DNA from: Rhizaria sp. SCN 62-66
Taxonomy: Eukaryota
DNA: 64,000 nucleotides
Direction of reading: 5' to 3'
Assembly (NCBI GenBank): GCA_001724265.1
Contig: MEDY01000191.1
Span: 1-64,000, forward strand
Below, piece after piece: positions 49,881 to 62,324 of this stretch (positions are counted from its first letter, which is position 1; every line of letters begins with the position of its first letter). Below the pieces are notes generated by a model, which was not told the origin of the DNA, searched no databases, and worked only from the letters and a program-made list of their open reading frames with translations. The position numbers and the translations under genes were made by a program.

Positions 49881-50999
49881 ATGTCGTCTAACAAGAAGGC
49901 CCGCAAGGCCGACGTCCCTGCTGCCGTTGTGCCCACGCCCTCAAAGCCTTCTAAGTCCAAGAACAGTAACAGCAGCAGTAGCAGCAGTAGCAGCAGCAGC
50001 AGCAAGCGCTCGTCTGCCCCCGCCTTTGTTGGCCCCGTCACGCTCTCGCACAAGGGCTTCCACTCCATCGCCGTCGCCATCGAGGACTCCCTCGTCGTCT
50101 CCTCTAGCTCAAGCTCTAGCAGCTCTAGCTCTAGTTCTAGCGCCGGCCCCGCGGAGGCGTTGCGGTACCTCTACGTGAAGCGGCGCCAGGACGCCGCGAC
50201 GACGGCGGCCAAGGCGCAGGCCAAGGCCGCCAAGGCCGCCGCCAAGGCCTCCGCCGCGGACAGCGACGATGACGAAGACAAGGACGAGGAGGACGCAGAG
50301 GAGGAGGACGAGGAGGACGAGGACACGCTGGCGCGCTGCGTCGTGGTGCACGGTGTCCCGGCCTTCTTCTCCGACCTGGACCTAGCCACCGCGCTCGAGG
50401 CCTTCGGCGAGGTTGAGTCCGTCTTCTTCCACGTCCCCGCGGGCTCCGCCGCCGTGGCGGGACTGGCCGGGCTGACGGCCGAGGCCGTGTTCGCGGACCC
50501 TGCGGCGCTGGATTTGCTCTTCGCGTCCCGCCACGCCGTCACGCGCATTCCGCTCGCGGCCGACTACGGCGGTAGCAGCGAGCTGGCCAGCCTCGAGACG
50601 ACCGGCCTGGCGCGCTGGGAGGCCGGCTTCGCGGCGGCGCGGCCCGACTTCGGGGCCCTGCAGACGCAGATTGACGTCTTCATGGCGGCCTTCGACAAGC
50701 GCAGCGCGGCCGAAAAGGCCGCGCGCAAGGCGTCGACGACCGTGGTCGACGACGAGGGCTTCACGCTCGTCGTCGCCGCCGACAAGAAGAAGCAGCAGCG
50801 CGAGAAGAGCAGCCAGAAGTCGGCCGTCAAGGTCTACGAGCGCAAGATTGCGCAGCGCGCCGAGAGCGCGGTCACCTTTTACAAGTTCCAGGACAAGGAG
50901 CGTCGCGCGGCCCAGACCGCGGCGCTGCGGCGCAAGTTCGACGAGGACAAGGCGCGCCTCAACAACCTCAAGCTCAACCGCTCCTTCAGGCCCCTGTGA
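49881..50999 (+). CDS. RRP7: Ribosomal RNA processing protein 7 (RRP7A-like)
   Basis: RYLYVKR, degenerate RRM (VVVHGVP..FGEVESV), LQTQIDVFMAAFD, VDDEGFTLV, FYKFQDKERR, LRRKFDEDKARL..RSFRPL. Ends TGA. Confidence 0.92.
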   Translation: MSSNKKARKADVPAAVVPTPSKPSKSKNSNSSSSSSSSSSSKRSSAPAFVGPVTLSHKGFHSIAVAIEDSLVVSSSSSSSSSSSSSSAGPAEALRYLYVKRRQDAATTAAKAQAKAAKAAAKASAADSDDDEDKDEEDAEEEDEEDEDTLARCVVVHGVPAFFSDLDLATALEAFGEVESVFFHVPAGSAAVAGLAGLTAEAVFADPAALDLLFASRHAVTRIPLAADYGGSSELASLETTGLARWEAGFAAARPDFGALQTQIDVFMAAFDKRSAAEKAARKASTTVVDDEGFTLVVAADKKKQQREKSSQKSAVKVYERKIAQRAESAVTFYKFQDKERRAAQTAALRRKFDEDKARLNNLKLNRSFRPL

Positions 51000-51364
51000 G
51001 CGCGGCTTTGATTGGCAACACACAGCAGCGCAACAGCACAGTGTCTTTCGAAGCGTGTGCACATGGAAGCGTTGTGACAGTTTGTCCTGCTTTGGTGGTT
51101 TTGTATAAACGAGCAGAGCGAGGTTCAGGGCCAGACATATTACGTAATAGTTTCTTTCATGATAATTTGACTTGTCCCAGTAATACATACAACCATATTT
51201 CATAGCATTCGACACCAATATTACGGAGACTCGCACGAAAGTGCGGAGCGAAAGCATTTCAGGTCAAGGCCAGCGTGGAGAGAGCAAAGAGGGAGAGTTT
51301 AGGATTGAAGTCGATGTGTATGCCGGAAAAAGTTAACTACAAGGTGTCTTAAACATCAAGCAAT

Positions 51365-51840
51365 TTACTTCTTGTTGGAGTCCTTGAACTTGTCCTCAGT
51401 GGGGAACTTGCTGAGGTCCTTCATGAGCTTGTTCTGGGCAGCAATGCTGTGGGGTGGGACAGGGGTGAAGAAAGGGAAAGAAAGACGGGGCAACGGACAT
51501 GAGAATAGATGTAAATAAGGCAGGGAGGGCAATACGAGAAAGCAGACAAACGACTAGCTGTGTCCAGAGCTCACACAAGCGCGTTGGAGAGAGACTAAGA
51601 GCGGCGCAGTGGGATGACGGTGCGACTGCGGAGGAGGGATTGAGAGAGAGCGTACCGGTTGACAGAGGCATCCGCGAAGCCGTTCTCACGGACGTAGCCG
51701 CAGAGAGCAACGGGGGTGTACTTGTTGGTGTACAGGCCATCAGCGTTAACGTGGCCGATGTTGAACTGGACAGCGGCGTGGTCGTGGGAGCCGATGAGGC
51801 GGCCAGTGGCAGTGCACTTGCGGGGGGTGTACTCCGGCAT
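51365..51840 (-). CDS. RPS21: 40S ribosomal protein S21 (eS21); exons 51840-51656 and 51446-51365
   Basis: [28 protein letters not shown]...[18 protein letters not shown], then [26 protein letters not shown] after a GTACGC..CAG intron. Ends TAA. Confidence 0.92.
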
Positions 51841-52246
51841 GAGACTAGACGGAGCAGGGCAGGGGGCGAAGAACGCGAAAGCAAGGTGAAGGGAAGGGGG
51901 AACAGGAAGAAGTGAGTGGGAAGTTAGGAAAAGACGAGAAATAGCGGTGAAGTACACACATGCTCGCGCGAGAGGACGGTTCGAAGCTCCTGCGGGGAGG
52001 CAGTCCATTGTCTTGGGGTCACAGAGCCCACTTCGCAAGCGTCTCCAGGGAATCAACGCGGCGTTGCAGAATATCGCCGCTTAAATATCAAATGCAACAG
52101 ACCCGCACAATAGTATATATAATGTTCTAAAGCGCCCCAGTCGGTCTTGTGACGCACATAGAGCGCTTTCGCGTCGTGCCGCCCCGCTCCGACCGACCGC
52201 GCCGAGCCCGGCCAGTCTAAGGGCAAAAGCACGCAAATTTGTCCCT

Positions 52247-52270
52247 CTCAAATTAGAGCTCTAATTTGAG
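52247..52270. other. Perfect 24-bp palindrome CTCAAATTAGAGCTCTAATTTGAG
   Basis: The two 12-bp halves are exact reverse complements. It lies between the RUVBL2 3' end and the RPS21 5' end. Confidence 0.9.
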
Positions 52271-52769
52271 GGGCATCGGACTTTTTCGGTCCAGGGACAC
52301 ACTCCTCAACCTTTCTTGTTTCCTGCCAAGATATCTACTCTAAAACGTTTTTATTTTTAATCGAAACGTCTATTTTTCAATTTTAGACTAACTATATTTA
52401 AATTTCATTTTGTTTTCATCTCGATTCTTACCAGGTATCAGTGTCAAAGATGGGATGTTATGGTGCGAGCAATGATAAAGTGGGTTGATTTATTGATTTG
52501 GGGGGGTCATATGTTTGAGTCTGTGTCTTTTGGGTGTGTTTTCAAAACTATTTAAGTAAATACAACAGAGTTCTTTGGCTCTTATCGTCTTTGATATTGC
52601 TATTATACGCCGCGGCGGACCAGTAGATACCAGTGTGTGAGAGTGAGTGTGCGTCATTTTGTTTGATCAGATCATGATCTTACACATGACGACGACACAT
52701 AATTTAGTTTACTTTGACCTAAGCTTATGTCATGCTAAGGCTCACGTAGTTCCTCACTTGCATCCCTAT

Positions 52770-54838
<2,069 letters not shown>

Positions 54839-55644
54839 TCAAGAGCTGCAGAATTTTAAGATATAAACCAAAAGTACATAGGAAGGCTGTTGACATCATA
54901 CAACAGTGCAAGCAATGATCCAATTTTGAGATATTGATCACTGACCACTTCCGATTCGGGGCCTCTTCTCTCTTGCTTCGGTCGCGCTCTCGCAGCCCAC
55001 GGTCACTTTGACTGCTCACGGTCTCGGTACACTTTCAAACAGTCAAAAGACGGCAGAAAATTTCTGCTTTGATATAAAATTGTATCAGTCGTATATAAAA
55101 AATTGCCAAAAACATAGTTCTGTTGCAAAAACAGCTGGCGTAGCGAATATCTATGGAAATACGCGACATAATTATTTCAAGCTTTTTTGTGGTCAGTTGC
55201 ACATCGAGCGAAAAGCACTGGTATGTTAAAAATGGCGCTGATATCGCTGGCCAGATCGTCAATCGTGAATTTGACTAATTTCCAGCATATAACTTTGACC
55301 TTCTGTTTATCTCCCTCAATAATGTTTCTTCGGCCTATGATTTGACTCCGGGCCCCGCAGTGGCCGTCAGTTCCACGCTTTGCACATATCAAGTCAGCTT
55401 CGCGATCGCGTTTTCTTGAATGCCAGAGTCACAATGATTTTGTAACCGGAATTTGTCAGTTGATTTAGAATTTACATGCGCGCTTACAGTGCATATTTTG
55501 CCACTTCCTCATCATACTGTTGTCTACCTTCGCTGCTTGAAGTCTTCACATCACTCGGCATATTGTTGCCCGCCAACCCAACTACGCTCCTCACCGCGTC
55601 CTGTCACGCACCCGTTGCTTCTCAGCATAAAATCTTTCTTGAGC

Positions 55645-58600
55645 ATGTCAGACGCGTCGCCAACATCTTTGGTGGGCTATCTTTTGCGTCTTGATACGCC
55701 AGTTTCCTCCTCCTCTGCGGCCGAGACTGTCCCTGCATTCCCCTCCCCGCCGCCCTTCTCGCACCCCAGCTCCGTCGCCACCGCCGCGACGGAGCCGCTG
55801 CGCCTCCCGCTTTACTCCGGCGTTAACCTTGTTAGCACCTACCATTTTATCAACGATGGCGACGCTATTCCCTCAAAGATTGCTTCTGCGACAGTCTTTG
55901 CAGCAAAGGCTGCGAAAGCATCAGCAGAGGCGACAGCAGAGCGCGTCCGGACGCTGGAGGCGCTCCACACCCTGCTCACAGTGACTGCGAGCAGGACCAG
56001 CGCTGGCGGCGATGCTAAGCAGGAGCAAGAGCAGAAACAGACGCGGAAACCGAAGCAGAAGCAGAAGCAGGAGCAGAAGCAGGAGCAGGAGCAGGAACAG
56101 AAGCGGGAGCAGGAGCTTGACAACGTGACAGTTACCGTCTCTGCGACGTGCATGGCGCCCTCTAGGTGCGCTTTTGCCGCTGCTCTTGGCTGCTTAAGCG
56201 CGCATGCCGAATCTGCTGTGGCGATCACTGCTCCCTACAACAACGAGTCGAACAGTAAAGAGGGCGACGACGCAGGCGCGGCTGCAACAGCGACCGGGGC
56301 AGGCGTGTCGCCATCGCCCAGGGCTGCTAAGGATGCGAAGGGTGCGGTTGTGGCGTATCAATGCCCCTGTTGTGCCCCTGCTTTGTTTACAGGCTCTAGC
56401 ACTGTGCCCGCTATTACTCTGACTGACGGCGCTGTGCTTCTACTTTGTGGCGGCCTTCGCTACCAATTTCACGATATTTCGACCGCACTGACTGCGGCCG
56501 AGTCAGTTGCAAGCGCCGCGGACCTGAAATCAGAAGTCAAGGTCGAGACTGTAGCGGATGCTGAAGGCGAGGCGAAGGAAAGCGCGACTGCGGCGGCAGA
56601 GCAGTCTGCAGCGGCTGTGACAAGTGCAAGCCGCTGCAACAGCTTTGTGCTAGGCAGCAACACCAACAGCCCGAACGCCAGCGTGGACAGCGGCACCCAC
56701 CACAACGGCTACAACAGTCTCGCGAGCATTAGCGACAGCAGCAGCAGCCACAGCAGCCTCGGTGTGAGCGCCGGCTCGATCGCCGACTCGGTCTCTGCCG
56801 CAGATGCAGATGCAGACGTCGACGCCGACGGCGCCAGCGCCAGCGTCAGCGCCAACGCCAGCGCCAACGCGGGCACGAGCCTTGCTGCCAGAGCGAGCAC
56901 TGGCGACTGCGACGGTGATGGCGGTGACGACATCGATATTGACGGTGACGGCGACGTCATCGACTGCAACGGCAGTGGCGGCTTCATCGCGAGCAGCTCT
57001 GATCCCATCCCGATGACGCTGGCCACCTCCGACAACCTGTGCGGCGGCGAGAGCGCCGAAGATGCGGGGGCCGACGGCCGTGCGGGCGCTGCGAAGGCCG
57101 TTGCGATGACTGACGGCGACGAGGGCGACAGCAATCGCGCCGATGGCAACGGGAGCACGAGTGTTGCTGCGGGCGCTGTTGCTGTTGCTGGTGATGCGAG
57201 CAATGCTGCTGCTACTGCTGCTGCTGTTGCAGCAGCTGCCACTGACGACTTTGTGTCGCCCACGTTCCTGAATGATTTCTTCAACGACGACGACGAGCAA
57301 GACGCCGCCTATACCCAGAGCAGCCCGACTGAGGGCAACAATCAACACACAGCTACCAGCAGCAACAGTACCACTAACTCCAACACCGACAGTCTTGGTT
57401 CTATCATCGCCTCAGCGCGGCAGCAGCAAGTCCAAGATTAGCAGCAACACAAGCAGCAGCAGAGCGCTCGCCTGTCTACGGGCAGCGACGCCGCGACGGG
57501 CGACGTCACGTGCTACCGGGACGGCTTGACTTCTCTGCAGGACGACTCGCTGCTGTACCGGCCCTTCACCAACGGCAGCAACAACACCAAGAGCGTGAGC
57601 GCCAGTGCTGTCGGCAGTGCAGCTCCTGCCTCTGCCTCTGTTTCTGCCTCGCATGCTCACCCCCAGTCGGCTCGCCCCCAGTCGCGCGCGCAGTCGCTGC
57701 TGCAGTCCCAGCCGCAGCCGCAGCCCCAGTCCCAGCCGCAGCCCCCGCTCCGGCCGCAGCCGCAGGGCAAGAGCAACCTCGGCGGACTGCAGCTGCCCGC
57801 CCCGGACTCGTCTTCGCAGCCGCAGCCGCAGAGTCTGGGTGCGACGCTGGTGCTGCCTGCGGCCGCAGATGCTGACGCGACACTGGTGCTTGAGTCGGCG
57901 ACGATGGTGATTGACAACGGCAATAATAACCACAATGACAACGACAGCGATGCTGCGACGCTTGTCATCGGTTTCAATAACAACACGCAGGCTAATAGTG
58001 ACACTGAGGACGATGTTTCTGCGACGCTTGTTATTGGCGATAGCAATCATGACAGCGCGTTTAACCCTACTCTTGTGATTAACAATGATAACGACAAGAC
58101 TGACGATGCCAGTAAAACCAACAATAGATTTGACGGCGCGAGTACGCTTGTTATCTCTGCTGACAACGAACACGATTCTGGACACGACGCGACTTTGGTC
58201 ATTGATGACACTAATACGGGTGCCAACCACGTCAAAACTGACGACAAGTTTGACATGACTCTTGTGCTCAATAGCCATGTCAACACGAACTCGATCCCGA
58301 ACAGTATTAAGGAAAACGACGCTGCGAACCAAGAGGTTTATGACATCAAGACTGCCACTGCGACGGCGATTAACGCAGCACGCAGTATCAGCGGTATCAG
58401 CGTCCGCAGTCATAGTAGGAGCGCCAGTGTGAGCAAAAACAACAGCCAGAGTTCGACCACTGGCGTTTGTGATGAGGACATTGATGTTGTTGAAAGCGGC
58501 AGCAGCAGCAGCACCAACATCAACAACAACAGTGAAGACAGCGCTGCTGCCAACGATGTCGACGACGACAACCTAAACGCCACCGCCACTGCTGACCTGC

Positions 58601-61600
58601 TTCTGAGCAACGTCGCCAAAGACTCCGCTGTGCCCGCGCAGATTAACCGTGAACACACTGAGTGTGAGCAGAGCGCTGTTGTAGTTGCGGGTGATTCTCA
58701 CGCTGATGACAGCGCTGTCGGCAGCACTGCCGGCAACACCGACGACAACGGGGCCACTGCCGACAATGGCGATGACCCAGCCTCCGACAGCGCGAACTTC
58801 GACTCCTCTTCGTTGTTCCCCAGCACGCTGTCGCTCGACAACGACCGCCGGCCCGCTGAGGGCGAGGACGAGGGCGTGAGCGCGGGCGAGAGCGAGTGCG
58901 AGGGCGAGGGCGAAAGTGACGCGGGCGCGGGCCGCGATAACGGTGAACAGGGCCCGGGGGGCTCGGGAGACAGCAGTGAGCACAAGGACAGCGGTGTTGC
59001 GATGCATGATGACGACGACGACGACGTCAACACTGTCGCCGAGGTGAAGCCGCCTGCTGCTGAGCTGAAGTCTCAGGTTTCCATGGCGAGGTCACGCGCG
59101 TCGAGGGCGAAGGCGCCTCTCAAGTCAGACGATGATGGCGACGATGAGAAGCAGACGGAAGACGGCTTTGACGAGCAGCTACTTCAGCAATCCCAGAAGC
59201 AACTTCAAGAGCAGCTCCAAGAGCCAAAGCAAGAGCAAGCGGAAGAGCATGAGAACGAGCATGACGCTGCCGAGATCAAGCCGCGCGGCAAGCGTGCGCG
59301 CGCTGCGCCAGTCTCGCTTGCGTCGCGCGTCGAGTCGTTGTCGCAAGGCCATCCAGCCTCTGTCGATGACAAGGAGTGTGCTGCCGCTTCAGAAGTTGCT
59401 GCTGCTGTAGCTGCTTCTGCTGCTGATGACGTATCTGACACGATTGCAGCGGCAGCAACAAGCATCACTAAGACGTCCAGCACATCTGTTACGAACGCGA
59501 CCAGCATCAAGGCTCCAATTACGAAGGCGGCTAGCTGCAAGGCAAGTGTTGCCAAGGAGGCTGAGACGCCAGCGCCAGACCAGGTCTCCGAGTCTACGGA
59601 AGCGGCTGCTGCTCCCTATGATGCTGCTCCTAAGGTCCCTGCTGCGGGCTCGAGCGCCCGTCCTGCGCGCAACAGTCGGAACCACAATTTAAATGCTGCC
59701 GCTGAGACGGACACTGCCACTGCCGAGAAGGCTACCATCAATAGCCCCACGACTTGCGATGACACGAGCAACAAGAGTGTTGCAACTGCTGCGAGGAGCA
59801 AGGCGAAGAATCCGCCCGCAAGCAAGAACGCCAAGAGTAAGAGCAAGCCTAAGAGCAGGTCTGACAACAACGACAGCGACTATGACAGTGACGACGACAG
59901 CAACACTGCTGCCGTTGACACCACGACAGCACCGAAGGCGAGCGCAACCGCGGCTTCCGCGAGTGTTGGTGGCGGAGACACTGCGACAGCGAAGCCCCCC
60001 CGCGTCGTCGTCGTGTTCTCTCAGTCTGCGCTCGACGTTGACGCCACCGCCGCGGCGCTCACAGCCCTCGGCGCCATTTGCATCACGAGCAGCAGCGGCA
60101 GCGGCAGCAAGGACGCAACCAGCGCGAGCGCTACAAAGGTGTCAAAGCAGTCCGGCCGCTCTTCTCGCGGCGCCGGCGCGAACGGCGCCGCTGCAGAGGC
60201 CGGCGTGAGCCCGGCGAGTGAGGACCTGTGCCCGTGGCCGACGCACTTGGTGTCGTCGGGTCAGTTGCGCACGGCCAAGGCGCTGGCGGCGCTGGCCTCC
60301 GCACGCTGGGCGCTGTCGGACGACTGGGCCGCGCGCTCCATCGCCGCAGGCCGCCTGCTGCCCGAGGCGCCCTTCGCGCTTTCGCCCGCGCTGTCCGCGG
60401 ACGGCGGCGGCGAGGATGCAAACGGCGGTGCCGCGACTGAGGGCGGCGCGACCAAGGGCGGCAAGAGGGGCAAGGCGGCCGCTGCAGGCGCTGCAGTCGC
60501 TGCCGACGCTGGCGCGGCCACGACGGCTGCGCGCGCCGCTGTGGTGACGTTGGAGCGCGCCTACGCGTTTTCGCTGTCGGACTCGCTGCATCGCAACCGC
60601 TACAGCTCGCTTCATCTGCGCGCACCCTCTCTATCAGAGCCACACGCGCAGGCAGGCTCAGGTTGGCTGCACGGCTGCGTGCTGCTGCTGCTGCCCGGGC
60701 TGCGGATGCCGACGGCCGAGCTGCGCGCTGTGGCCGCCGCGGCGGGCGGCGCTGTGCTAGCGCTGACGCCCGCCACCGCTGCCGCCGCAGCCAAGGCCGC
60801 CATCGCTGCTGGTTCTGCAGCCGGTGCAAGTGCCAGTGGCGGTGAAATTGATGGTAACAGCGCGAGGGCTGCGGGCGTGGCCGCGTTTGTGGCGGCTCTG
60901 TCCGAGCGCGACCCGCTCTACCAAGCCGCAGCGAGGAGCCACGCCGCGCCCCGCAAGGGTCAGTCCCCAGCGCAGTCGGAGGCCGAGGCCGAGGTGGCGG
61001 CGCTGGCGCAGTCCCCGCACCTGCTGGCCATGACGGCGGCTGAGCTTGCCGTTGTCGCCGCGCGGGCCTGCGCCGGCGCCCTTCCGCCCGCGCACTGCTA
61101 CCATAGCGGCAGCGTGCGCCAGCGCGGCGACCGAGACGAAGAGGAAGAAGAGGAGGAGGAAGAGCAAGATGATAACGGAGCTGGCGCTCGTGGCCGTTCG
61201 TGGCCAGACGCCAAGAGCTGCCGCGAGTGGTTGCTCACGGCACCATGCAGTATCAACGCCACCAACAGCAGCGCCAGTAGTGACACTATTGCGATTGCTG
61301 CCAAGGGCGGCCGTGCTGCCAAGACTGCTCCCCGCGGCACCGCCAGCGCCGTCACCAGCAGCAGCGGCGTTGGCGCTGGACCGGCCGTCATCATTGTCGG
61401 CGAGGCTATTGCGACAGGCTCGAGCTCGAACAGCAAGAGCGCCAGCGCGAGTGCCGCATCTGTTCCGAAGCCAGTGGCGGGCGTTCTTGCTGACTTGCGC
61501 AAGGCTGGTGTACTGTCATCCTCGGACGCTGACGCCGACGGCAGCAGCTCGCAGGTGCAGGAGCAGAAGCCGAAGGGCCGTGCCGGTGGCCGCGGCAAGG

Positions 61601-61746
61601 CTGGAGTCAGCGGCGCTCCTATCCAGCCCGCTGCCAGTGTCAGTGCCGACAACGCAGGCCATGGCGTGTGGCTCTGCTCGGTCGAGGTCGTGCTCACTGG
61701 GGCGCTGCGGCAATGCGCACAGCCGGAGCTTTTCCCCCTGCTCTAA
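55645..61746 (+). CDS. MDC1/PTIP-like tandem-BRCT protein (~2033 aa) with a possible degenerate N-terminal FHA domain, read through an in-frame TAG at 57439-57441
   Basis: ORF pieces 55453-57441 and 57526-61746 are in one frame and separated only by one TAG. BRCT motifs: RVVVVFS, THLVSSGQLRTAKALAAL, LSDDWAARS, ERAYAFSLSDSL, WLHGCVLLL, AAGG, SVEVVLTGALRQ..PELF. Ends TAA. Confidence 0.78.
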
Positions 61747-62127
61747 GCAACTGACAGTTACATAGGGCACCAACATAATGAATCATTTACCTAGAACTTT
61801 CGATCAGTAATGTAACAATGAGAAAGTGACAATAAAATACATCACTTTATCGACTTGATGGATGATAAACAAGTATAAACACGTTGTTTATTTACAAATT
61901 GGCACACTATGTTGTTTTGAATCGATAATTAAAGTCGTCACACAAACAAAACACGCACTAGAGTGATTATAAAAGGCATATGAAATCACAATCACACAAT
62001 CAATCACAATATGATAAAAGGAAGGACTTGAAAAAAAGAAATCTGAGCACAATAGCAGTTGTAATCCAACAGCTAAAGCAAAAAGTTGCGATTGAGCTAT
62101 TAGTACTATACTGTTCTTGCATTGCAC

Positions 62128-62163
62128 TCGTAAATTGAACAAAAGTCGTAAATTGAACAAAAG
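62128..62163. repeat. 18-bp direct repeat x2 (TCGTAAATTGAACAAAAG)
   Basis: Directly visible in the AT-rich spacer between two convergent genes. Confidence 0.8.
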
Positions 62164-62324
62164 ACTGACTTGTTGTACAGGGAGACAGGAACGATTCGAT
62201 ACATGAATGGCGACAACAAGATGTTGTGAAAGGGTTGCGATTAAGCAACATACGCAGATGAGAGGCTGTTTTGAATCCCTGTGCCACAATCACGTCTTGC
62301 TATGGAGCTATGATGTCCTCGCAC

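Noticed and set aside
51960-52060. GGTTCGAA-containing segment as a tRNA (possible UAG decoder) or snoRNA upstream of RPS21
   Set aside because: I could not build a cloverleaf or a complete H/ACA or C/D box set by eye. No tRNA was recognised anywhere in the window.
57439-57441. Pyrrolysine or selenocysteine-style special insertion at UAG
   Set aside because: The sites are non-catalytic and in unrelated proteins, no pyl genes are seen, pyrrolysine is not known in eukaryotes, and selenocysteine uses UGA.
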